From Paraphysomonas bandaiensis (Eukaryota > Protista > Chrysophyceae): DNA of 28,031 nt. Shown here piece by piece: positions 17,501 to 28,031 of this stretch. The notes beneath the pieces are model-generated. The model was given only the letters and a program-made list of their open reading frames with translations. It ran no database searches and was not told where the DNA came from. The DNA is taken from assembly GCA_965644295.1 (NCBI GenBank), contig CBFFRP010000564.1:1-28031 (forward strand). Reading direction: 5' to 3'. Position 1 is the first letter of the stretch; each line of letters begins with the position of its first letter. A program made the position numbers and the translations under genes.

Positions 17501-18879
17501 CTGAAAAAGTGCTCGATCAAAGAATCCGAATCAATATATGCAGCATTATTTTTCTCGGGCAATGATGCTTCTTCTTGTTGAGTGATCAAGCTCTTATTCC
17601 ACTGCCGTTCACCACGCATAGTACTTTTCGTCGTAATATGATCACGGTAAAATACATGTTTGCAACTGGGAAACGTTCGTTCAAAGTACTGGTGAACAAT
17701 GTTGGAAGCACTCATTAACCCTGGAGTCCATGCACGGTGTATGCAAACAGGAAGATGTTCAAAATCCAAAACTGTTCCAAGAAACATCATCTGAATATTG
17801 CTTGGGAATTTTGTCATATATGTACTAAATATTTGACTTTCTGGAAGCAAGAGTAACTACAGCAAAATGTATAAGTAAAACACAAAACAACAACAAAGAT
17901 TACTTCTTGTTGCCTAGTCCATAAGCTCTCCAGCTTCTTCTCAATTGCTTGTAGACGCTGCTCCAGGTCAATAGTGGATGAGTTTTGGCCTCCTGGAGTG
18001 CCTGGAGAGTGTACAACAGTTGGTGATGAAACCTCCTCCATCTGAGAAACAATTATAGCTTGTGCCTCGATCCAACGATCAATCTGTGCCTTTATCCATA
18101 ACATTTCAGTTATGAGTCCTACTAAAAATATTTTATCATGATTAGATTTATCCGTTAGATCTGCGTGGGCATTAGTATTCAACAGTGCATGCATTTTTTG
18201 CCGCCAGGAATCTAGTATGGAAGTAGAAAGCACATATCGTCGACGACTGCGAGCCAGTCGGAACACTCCTTGAGCAGATTGAGAGCTTCTCTCAACAAAA
18301 CTGTTCCTTGTGTCTTTTACATTTCTCTCTTGTATATGAAGTGCTGAAATTTCACATAGACGGTATCGGTTACTTGCCGAAACAGTGGGATACACTAGTA
18401 AACGAATGAATTGACAATCCAAAACATCATCAACATTTACACGTATAATCATACGATTCTTTGCTAAAACATGCGTAGTAGATACCGAAGGCTCAACTTG
18501 AACAGTCTGTAGATGTGAGAAGATTGCAAGTTGATAGAGGTGTGAGCTGGATGATGAGCTATAGGTTCCACTGTCAGATACTTTCCCTAATTACATGTTT
18601 GATATAATACTCTATCTACTGTATATATAACCATATGAACTCACCCGTATATATCTCTATTCTAGATGGAGGAATACTGCTGTTGTATTCTATGACTATC
18701 TCTCCCTGTGAAGCATATGATAGAGCCCGTCCACTACCATATCCAATTTCTTTCGGATATATTCCATCACTGTTATATAGTAACACTGTTAGGTATGTAT
18801 GTATGTGTATGTATGTATGTATGTATAGATAAGAGGCATGAGACGTACTTCTGAGATATCCATCCATATTCTCCGTCAT
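14527..18879 (-). CDS. Multi-exon host gene; C-terminal charged helical region and CaaX box (KKGGCVIL)
   Basis: 3' exons read with GT-AG borders, all phase 0 and in frame: 15843-15748, 15696-15577, 15527-15495, 15434-15402, 15345-14527. Upstream minus-strand ORFs (~15890-16050, 16713-17264, 17269-17850, 17904-18452, 18616-18879) look like further exons. Their linkage into one gene and the start codon are only partly checked. Confidence 0.65.
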
Positions 18880-19480
18880 AGTTTGAGGGGTAACATATTC
18901 TCATATAATGTTTCTTCATTGGTGTTTATATATACATGATAGATAGATGTGTGTGATAGTGAGTGATGATGTTAAGATGAGCGAGATGATAAGATGGACC
19001 TCTACTGTACTGCTGTACTGTCTATATGTACTGCTGTACATCATGTACCTTACATAAAACAAGTACTTTGTACTTACATACGTACCTATATACTGCTACA
19101 AACTTTTATGCTCTCTGCTGCGGTACATGTTCAGCTGTACGTAGTATTGATGTACGTCTTGGTGTACATTTTCTACACACTTTCAAAATCCTTTAAAAAT
19201 ACCACTATATATCCCATTTTTCCTTTTTTTATCTTCTAAATATCGGATATTTTGATGGTCTTGATTAACGGGCTACAAGGTTTCAACTATATGGACGGTG
19301 AGAATAGATTGTGAAACGACTGTTATGTCATTGATATATGTATGTATGTGTATGTACCTGTGTATGTATGTGTGTGTAGGTGTGTCTATATAACAACCAA
19401 CCCACTCCTGTACTGTTACTATGATGATATACATGAGACTGTTATATGAATAGTAACTATTTCATTATTATAGTGTCATC

Positions 19481-20721
19481 ATGCATACAACAATAGAGAG
19501 ATTGGATAACATTGAAGCAGAGAGAATTATCTCTATTTTGGAAGATTCAACAGAGAAGTTAAACTTTTTAGACAGGTATGATACACTCTTCCTGCTATCT
19601 ATGTATATATATCTGAGAATATGAATAGAATTACACCAGATGTACTTCAACATCGTGATGAATTATCTAAATTTATTGGAGATGAAATATCACGTACAAT
19701 GAATGAACAAAAATATCTTGAGAAGAGATATGAGGAGTTAATTGAACATCGATCATCTATGAAAGGTATGGTCAATAAGACCAAATATAAAGAAGTTCAG
19801 GAGGAAATTCAAGATGTTAGCCGTGCTCTTCGTGAATCTACCAATAATTTAGTTAGAAATTTGAAGGAGAACCCTAATGTATCTGGCAATTTGATTAAAG
19901 TGCAGCGCGATCGCGTAGAGTTGAATGATTTGCTTCTCCGATGCATTCAAGAGCTACGTGATCGTGGTACGTATTACACTATCACGTCAAAAGTAGACGA
20001 AGAGAATAACTCGAGGAAGAAGTTTCAACAATTAAAACTGCGCGAAAAGGAATTACGCGAAACCGTGTTGAAGTTAGAGAAGCAGTTGTCCGAGGAACAG
20101 ACTCAATTCCAGCGCACAGTGGCGGACCAGAAGCAGGCAATATCGCACCTTAAAGACGAATTAGCCACTGTCAAAGGAAGCACTTCGGTGGATGCCAAAT
20201 TCAAAAGGCGAGAGAGTCTAGCGCACGTGTCAGCCATATGGAGGGAATGTAAACTTAAGGAGAGGGTGCTAGAAGAGAAACTCAAAGACCTCGAAGACAA
20301 GCTCCACATGGAAAATGTAGTCCATAACGACTCGAAAGAGTTTTTAATTCGAAAACACCAGCATGTTACCCAGGATTTAAGCACTTGGGAGGCGAAGTAT
20401 GAGCGTGATGTCGGCGAGATGGATGACAAAATAAAACAGATCTCTGATAAGAGGAAAGCCCTTCTCGACAAGTTATCTGTCCTGCAGGCACGACGACAGG
20501 CTGAGATAGAGGAAGAAATGAAGCGCAAAGCCAACGAGGAGCACGAGGCGAAGATGAAGAAAATGAAAGATGCAGAGGAAAAACGGAAGAATCATGCTGC
20601 AAAGTGTATTCAACTTGCACTCAAAGCGTTTATTAAGCGATGCAAGGAGCTGGAGGCCATAAAAGGCGGAGGGGGTAAAAAGAAAGGTGGAGGAAAGAAA
20701 GGAAAGGGAAAGAAGAAATAG
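19481..20721 (+). CDS. DRC9: Dynein regulatory complex subunit 9 / IQ-motif-containing protein G homolog
   Basis: Exon 19481-19575, GT-AG intron 19576-19628, exon 19629-20721, giving ...ILEDSTEKLNFLDRITPD... Motifs KVQRDR...IQELRDRGTY and VHNDSKEFL...WEAKYERD, a degenerate IQ motif (AAKCIQLALKAF) and a Lys/Gly tail match IQCG/DRC9 as I recall it. The paralog IQCD/DRC10 fits less well. Confidence 0.85.
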
Positions 20722-22838
20722 AAGCCAAGGGAAAGTGAATTTTTTTCTACCTAAACTTATCTTCAAATATTTTACCTGCCTTGTCGTGTGCAGGATTATT
20801 TATTGCAATGCAATATAATCATATCAATGATAGTCAGTGTGAGAAGAGGGAACGTTTTGTGTGGCTGTTAATACTACTAATAATATGTGTACAAGTATAT
20901 TTCGTGTCTGATGTGGCTCTTTAAGTGTAAGAATCACGATTGTGCTTGATTATTACTGTAGTTGTAAGCGGTCCGAACTGACACGATGCTCCAACTCGCT
21001 ACTACAGAAAATATTATTCAACTTCGCCAAATTGGTTGAATTACCATAACACAAGAACTTTGGTGTAAAAACTTAGGCAAACAAAAAAATATCTTCATTC
21101 ATGGCTAGGTGACTACCATAAACCCCTATGACCATTTTATTACTAGATTTTCAACCCTTTGACTTTTATTTCACTTTTCTTGGTGTGACTAGGAAATAAA
21201 ATCAAATTGACTAGATTCAATAATAGATCTCCGCTAGTACGAGTACGTATTTATAATTACTTGTTGGTGTCAGGTGTCAGTGTTGAGTTCTGCTATATGA
21301 AAATTATAAGGTATTTAAGTTACAGTAGTCTGCAGTTGTGAGAATGAATGATGATAAGTATATAGTGTATAGTGGTAAAACGGAATATAGTGACGATGCA
21401 AGTTGTAGTGACGAAGTAAGATAGTACCAGAAATGAGTTGTAGTAGACACAATATAAAATTGATGAATGATAAGAGATATTGATTGTAATTTCTAATTCT
21501 CAGCATTGAGTATAATTTTACCTTCTGTTGTTAAGTTAATACTTCTCGTATAATGTCTAACTCTGATATTGTAGCGGCTAGGGAACAATATATTGAATAT
21601 CAATATAGTGTACAAATATTGTAAAATATATTAATTGTTGGACCGGCTGTAGCGGATGTATACTACTACTAACGCATTATAACATACATGTACGAAAATA
21701 TTAAGTAGTAATGTGTCAGCACTAAAGGAAATATCTTATCCTTACTGGATATTATAGATGCGTTGTTAGAATTCTGATTCACAGGCGTAAGAATTTGCAA
21801 GAGTTACCCACAAAGTTACAACAACATAGTAGACTATATCTGTCTTCAAAATTTTCTCGTCAAACCCTACCATAGTGAGTCCTACCGTTCAACTGGAGCA
21901 ATGTTGAAAAATAGTTGAAAGGCTACGAGATATGTGGAAAGTTCAAGTAAAATAAGAATTGATATACATCTGAATAATCCACTTACGGAGGTCTTTCTCG
22001 TAATGAGGCTTAGTGTGGATTGGACCCCATGCGCTGGCCATTTTCTAGTACGAGGTGGTTAAGGAATCTCACAATAATCCTGCACAAGATTCAGTTACTT
22101 GACAAGAAATTCAACAGATAGCAGGGCGGAAAGGATCAAGATTCCACTTTGATCTGCTTTATGTATAATTCATTAGTGTTTCGTAACATGCCCTCATTGA
22201 TAAGACACACTCAGGATTCAGATGCTCTCTATGTCACTACCAGATGTTTTGTAAACGACAAAGACTATTGAGAGATCAACAGGTTGAGAGGGTGTAATGG
22301 AGAGAGGATGTCTAGTGTCTGATGGATCTATCTATATATACATATAGAGGCAGGACATGCATATGTGTGATATATGTCATTATACCGTACATATACACTG
22401 AAGTACATGAACTGCTGTATGTACCACTGTACTGTACTTTGTAGTAGCACTCTGTACTGCTGTATTTAGGCAGCACACAGTACACAAAGTACTTTAGACA
22501 AAATATATGTGGTTTTAAGGTCAGGATATATGAATATCTGTATTTTTATATACCAATATCCGGATATTGACGTCGGATACAGATATACTGTATACAGTGT
22601 GGTATATAGCCGAATACAATCTAAATTTTGGGCATATGTTGACTTATTATACGTTGGAAATACATAAGAATACGTTTCACTTACCCCTACTATATCGTAC
22701 TTGTATATGGTATATGTATGTCTGTATACAGCACAGTGTGTGGATAGTGTAGACGGAGTATTTCATATGTTATCATACTCAGGGGTGGTGTGGATGTACT
22801 GCTGTATGTATGTATGTGTGAGATATGCGGTCGATGCA

Positions 22839-23955
22839 TGTATACCGACAACAGCATCGGAGGGGCAGCACCCACATCGGAGGGGCAACATCCGTAGTCC
22901 CGTTTTTGTGTTCTGTACGTGAATATTAGTATGATCGAATGGGGATGGCGGGCTCTTCATATCTACACACCACATCCAAATAAGCATATCTTCATATTTA
23001 AACTATTCGGAATGTACTGTTGTGTTGTTGTGCCCACTGTAGAAACTTAATTTTATCGATTTTATGCTGTAATGATGCAGGAAAACCACCCAAATAATGA
23101 CCACAGTGGGGATCACACAATCCCATTATCATGAAGTGCTCGTGACAATCATACATCCCTACTAGATGAAGACTGTCCCCTGGATGATTTGTCATTAGAT
23201 ATCTTTTGAAGGAGCTTCAGAAAGAGCTATCAGCGGATGAGGTATACGACGAAAAGTGTTTACATGAAGCTCTTCTGCAGCAGTGCAGGGCAACTATGAA
23301 AGGAAGGATATATGCAAAGATATCCAAAAAGAATGGGGAAATGGAGGGAGAAACAAAACTAGGAGACAAGATTTGAAGATAGGTGGCATTGAATATATAT
23401 CATTATGCTTTATCATGAAGACTTTAAAGCGAACTAGAATTTAAGGACATACATACTTCCCTTGCAGTAAGTTGTAAGACGAAGTTGTTTGTGAGTATGG
23501 ATTTCATGATATATACAACTAATGTGGTGTACGTTGTAGATCGCCGTAATGATATTGCATTTCGGTCAATAGTACATACTTAAATCATCGTATGCCTTAT
23601 TTGCATAAACCATTTGATGTAACCTAAAACTGTAATGATGTATGTTATACTTTCCGTGTAGTAAGCTATTTATGCATGTATATTGCATGATGTAACAAAT
23701 GTAATGTATGCTGTAGGCCGCTGCAATGATATTCGAATTTGTTTTTGTTAATTGCACATACTCAAACCTTCGTATGTCACAACTATTTGTCTAACGTTAT
23801 CTCGCAGCAGCAATTTCTAGCGAGCGTGTGCAAGCAAGCTAGGGACTATTTATTATAGTTTACAGACAATCGTTTCAATGTACTCATGCTAAGGTATAGC
23901 AAGTAGCTATGTAACGCTTGTAAAATGTTTATATGTGCGCGAATAATAAGACGAA
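22839..23955. repeat. Left arm of long inverted repeat
   Basis: Mirror coordinates sum to 48683 throughout, e.g. identical ORFs 22998-23195(-)/25488-25685(+) and 23566-23757(-)/24926-25117(+). Confidence 0.97.
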
Positions 23956-24360
23956 GAGCCGTTGCATCTAACACTATTATAAAACGGGACAACCTCACCC
24001 CTGTACGTCATTTGTCTAAATTTTAAAGTCTAAAATATTTACTACCTGCCAAACTGTGTCTAGGTACAAGTAGGAAAAGGCTTGTTAAGACCCTGATATA
24101 GTGGAGAAATTTTGCAAGGAGGAGGGGTGAGAAGAAAGAAATAATGCCGCAGCTTTGGCGAAACATGCGAAGGCGGCTTAGGCTCTGTTGGGAAGGTAAT
24201 CAGAGAAGGACAGGTTTAATTCCTTATCTCCAGAGCAGTATAAGGCTGAGAAAGTGACCAAGAAAAGAGTAGGAGCTGAAGCAATAAGACAGAAGTTTGA
24301 AGCAGTCGCTGGAGAATTAGCTGAAGCTCTTGTTTTCCTTGAAACATATCATCGTTGCAG

Positions 24361-24615
24361 AGTATCTGAGTTAAACGTTTTTGAAGTATATTAGTTGAAA
24401 CATGTTTTGTTTGAAAAGTGTTTCAGCTGTAACATGTCTTGTTTGAAAAGTGTTTTAGTTGTAACATGTCTTGTTTGAAAAATATTTTAGTTTTAACATG
24501 TTTTGGATGAACAAATGAGAAGTATTCTAGCTGAACCATGTTTTGTTTAAAAAGTGTATTAAGTAGAAACGTACTAACCTTTTTTAAAAGTATCTGAATT
24601 GAAACAACTTTTGAA
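24361..24615. repeat. 32-bp tandem minisatellite in the inverted-repeat spacer
   Basis: AACATGT cores at 24399, 24431, 24463 and 24495 (period 32; unit ~TTTTAGTTGTAACATGTCTTGTTTGAAAAGTG), with degenerate copies on both sides. Confidence 0.9.
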
Positions 24616-24727
24616 ACATCTAAACGATGTATGAAATAAATTGCCCAGGAATAGTATGAAAAAAATTCCATGTACCTGCACGAAACAGATTGCTTACGAG
24701 GCCAGGCAGCAAGCAGTATAACCGTTT

Positions 24728-25844
24728 TTCGTCTTATTATTCGCGCACATATAAACATTTTACAAGCGTTACATAGCTACTTGCTATACCTTAGCATGAG
24801 TACATTGAAACGATTGTCTGTAAACTATAATAAATAGTCCCTAGCCTGCTTGCACATGCTCGCTAGAAATTGTTGCTGCGAGATAACGTTAGACAAATAG
24901 TTGTGACATACGAAGGTTTGAGTATGTGCAATTAACAAAAACAAATTCGAATATCATTGCAGCGGCCTACAGCATACATTACATTTGTTACATCATGCAA
25001 TATACATGCATAAATAGCTTACTACACGGAAAGTATAACATACATCATTACAGTTTTAGGTTACATCAAATGGTTTATGCAAATAAGGCATACGATGATT
25101 TAAGTATGTACTATTGACCAAAAAGCAATATCATTACGGCGATCTACAACGTACACCACATTAGTTGTATATATCATGAAATCCATACTCACAAACAACT
25201 TCGTCTTACAACTTACTGCAAGGGAAGTATGTATGTCCTTAAATTCTAGTTCGCTTTAAAGTCTTCATGATAAAGCATAATGATATATATTCAATGCCAC
25301 CTATCTTCAAATCTTGTCTCCTAGTTTTGTTTCTCCCTCCATTTCCCCATTCTCTTTGGATATCTTTGCATATATCCTTCCTTTCATAGTTGCCCTGCAC
25401 TGCTGCAGAAGAGCTTCATGTAAACACTTTTCGTCGTATACCTCATCCGCTGATAGCTCTTTCTGAAGCTCCTTCAAAAGATATCTAATGACAAATCATC
25501 CAGGGGACAGTCTTCATCTAGTAGGGATGTATGATTGTCACGAGCACTTCATGATAATGGGATTGTGTGATCCCCACTGTGGTCATTATTTGGGTGGTTT
25601 TCCTGCATCATTACAGCATAAAATCGATAAAATTAAGTTTCTACAGTGGGCACAACAACACAACAGTACATTCCGAATAGTTTAAATATGAAGATATGCT
25701 TATTTGGATGTGGTGTGTAGATGTGAAGAGCCCGCCATCCCCATTCGATCATACTAATATTCACGTACAGAACACAAAAACGGGACTACGGATGTTGCCC
25801 CTCCGATGTGGGTGCTGCCCCTCCGATGCTGTTGTCGGTATACA
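24728..25844. repeat. Right arm of long inverted repeat
   Basis: Reverse complement of 22839-23955. Confidence 0.97.
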
Positions 25845-25994
25845 CATACATACTTGAATACTGTGACGCATCATACACATAGATAGACATCACTATCATC
25901 CCCATACCTCCACATCCCCCTCTCTGACCCCCTCAACTAACCTCATCTTGCCTCATCTATCTCTCAAACACATCTCTATATATCCCTCATCAAT

Positions 25995-27631
25995 ATGCAA
26001 CACGCATATCATCGTGCCTATCTATTTATAGGCTTACAACTCCTCTTAGTATCATCTCAACCATTTGATCTCATTAACAAGGAATACATCGACTACAGTT
26101 GGCTTGAAATAGGATTCAAGAGAGTAGAGGCACTCAATGCTGTATCATGGACCACTGTATCGACATCAACGCCCTTACCTATAGATAAGGCTGTAGCGTT
26201 TATCAGTATTCCTGATGTAGCCGATATCGTACAGTCATCATGGTACATACCATACAGACATATGTATACCTGCTGTGTATTATATGAACAATCTTGCGCT
26301 AGTTGTATACAGTAAATCATCGTGGTATATATCATACACTACTTACGTACATACTTACCTCCATATCATTTATTGGCCATCTTGTGAGAGTTAAACACTG
26401 TAGTGAATATGTGACTTTTTTATATTGTTTTTTTACAGGTATCCTGAAAACTATGGGGTTCAACTGATTCCCCCAATTGTTGCAAAAGTTCGTGAGCGTC
26501 CAAAGCAAAATGAAGATGGGACCTATTCATTTGATTTTAAGTTGGTATTTCCCAACGACAGCTATTGCTCAAAGGAGTGGTTTGTTCCACAGACACCCCC
26601 AACTCCAGTGTATGTAGATGTGTCGTGGGTTGTTTGTCCAGAAGGGGCGTACAATATTATATCGAATACAACGAATGAATTTTTTAATACTAATTTTGTT
26701 ATTGGGTCGGGCAATATTACCCGTGCCTCTGCCGATCCGGAGGTGTCCAATAGCAACGGAAATGCGATCCAGCTTTTGTACCCTGCTGGATGTACAGAGC
26801 CAGAGGAGTTGTGTACTGTCAACGAGAATGCTGGGAGTATCCAGCAGCTTCAGACGAGCGTAAATACTGTGGACAACGGGAGGGACCTATTCTTATCAGT
26901 CAGAGCTTGGCAGGTGAGTCTCATAGTTTATACATGGAATAGGGGATTTATTTCGACGTGGCTTTTACATATATATGACTAAGTTTTGTTGCAGGTAAAA
27001 GTTCGGAGCATCTGGTTCGTACTGGTTCCCCATGATTCAAGTGACCCCAGCTACTTTGTTATTGATACACCCGAAACTGTTGCATACGTTGTGTTTCCCA
27101 CAGAGACAAGTGTTGTGTGCTTGGAAGGATTCGCTTTCGAAACCCGGACATTCACGAATGTTACCCACCATGAGATTCCTTTGGACTTTATCCACCAGCC
27201 ATATGATACCCCCCCTGGTGTATTTGGCATGATCGGCTCAGCTTTTAGTCTAGTCGACTCGACGACCTTGTCCGTCTTTGACCGAACTGTCAATAATGCC
27301 GTGTTTGTGACCAAAGAGGATCAGTGTGTGTCCGAGCAGACGAAGCACACAACACCCGAAATTGTACGTATATACTAGCTGCTATCGACGATATTGAACA
27401 CTCCAATGTATCACGTACATAATATATATTTGTGTGACGAGCTGCTATTATTTTATGCACTGTTGCAATTTTGTGCTAACTAGATTTATACAGGTTCATG
27501 TGCTCATTATTGGAGATTACAGTGAGGGGATACCCACGCTTCAGTGCGGCGCTAAGATTAATCGTGAAAATACCTCTGCCCCAACTGCATCCCCCACACG
27601 GGAGTGTTTTGAAGTTTATGTTACACATTAA
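25995..27631 (+). CDS. Multi-exon gene for a secreted/cell-surface protein with lectin-like beta repeats and the start of a Ser/Thr/Pro linker; 3' end uncertain
   Basis: Signal-peptide-like MQHAYHRAYLFIGLQLLLVSS. Exons 25995-26242, 26439-26913, 26995-27363 and 27494- join in frame with GT-AG borders. Repeat-end motifs ETVAYVV / EIVHVLII, PPGVFG and EDQC...H resemble H-type-lectin-like repeats (inference). Followed by TSAPTASPT. Confidence 0.7.
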
Positions 27632-28031
27632 CGCGATAAGCGACTCGATACATGCATGAATACAATTTACTGTTGTATTCGTGCTGTAATACTGCGGCGA
27701 CCAGCTGTCATCTAGGATTGTATCAATTAGTTATCCTGAGAACGTTTTGTGTCGCCTATTGATCTGACGAGATAGTCATGAGTATTAATATTAACCATGA
27801 ATGATATACATATCAAGATGTTTTGATAAAGTTTTGGTCCTAATAGCGAGGAGCTGGTGGTGTTTTATCAACACCGAATACCTTATATGATTGTTACTTA
27901 GTTTGTTGTCATAAGTACTTCTATTAGAACACAACGGTTACTGCAATTGTGTGCAGTCTGATGTAAATGCAAGAATATGGTGATCCTTATTTTTCATTAG
28001 TTACTCCGTACTCTCACTAGCTGAGCTTCAA

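Larger units (their letters stand above)
22839..25844. mobile_element. Foldback-like / non-autonomous DNA transposon with ~1.1 kb inverted arms
   Basis: 22839-23955 is the reverse complement of 24728-25844 (1117 bp each; I counted 7 substitutions by eye and no net indel), with a 772-bp spacer. Ends read TATA|CCGAC...GTCGG|TATA. The arms carry a subterminal direct repeat CATCGGAGGGGCA x2. Confidence 0.7.

Noticed and set aside
20800-22320. Possible gene or pseudogene between DRC9 and the promoter-like block
   Set aside because: I found only short stop-interrupted frames in the parts I translated and could not build a consistent exon chain.
24361-24615. CRISPR-like array
   Set aside because: The units are contiguous degenerate tandem repeats with no unique spacers, there are no cas genes, and the context is eukaryotic.
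22998-25685. Duplicated 63-aa and 65-aa ORFs as real paralogous genes
   Set aside because: They are mirror products of the inverted repeat, short, and show no recognisable domain.

Overview
Eukaryotic genomic DNA with short GT-AG introns and a flagellar DRC9/IQCG gene; a protist such as a stramenopile is my inference. Bases 1-14259 form a three-level nest of LTR retrotransposons. Ty3/Gypsy element A (+; gag, pol, 3' LTR 5491-6922) is inserted in the RT of a related Gypsy element B (+; 3' part of pol, 3' LTR 9986-11134). B is inserted in the first ORF of an unrelated minus-strand element C (5' LTR 12107-14259, tRNA-Ala-type PBS). The main finding is that the LTRs of A and B each carry an antisense SET-domain (protein lysine methyltransferase-like) gene, intact in A and internally deleted in B. 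Both integrases end in a chromo-like domain, which suggests a possible writer/reader chromatin system. Other unusual traits of this family: an IFDN RT motif instead of YxDD, apparent TG...TA LTR ends and a covarying RNA structure in the LTR (all in both A and B), plus a CCCH-type gag finger and a single in-frame UGA between gag and pol (seen in A only). The right half holds a multi-exon minus-strand gene ending in a CaaX box, DRC9/IQCG, a ~3 kb foldback-like insertion with ~1.1 kb inverted arms, and the 5' exons of a secreted lectin-like protein gene.
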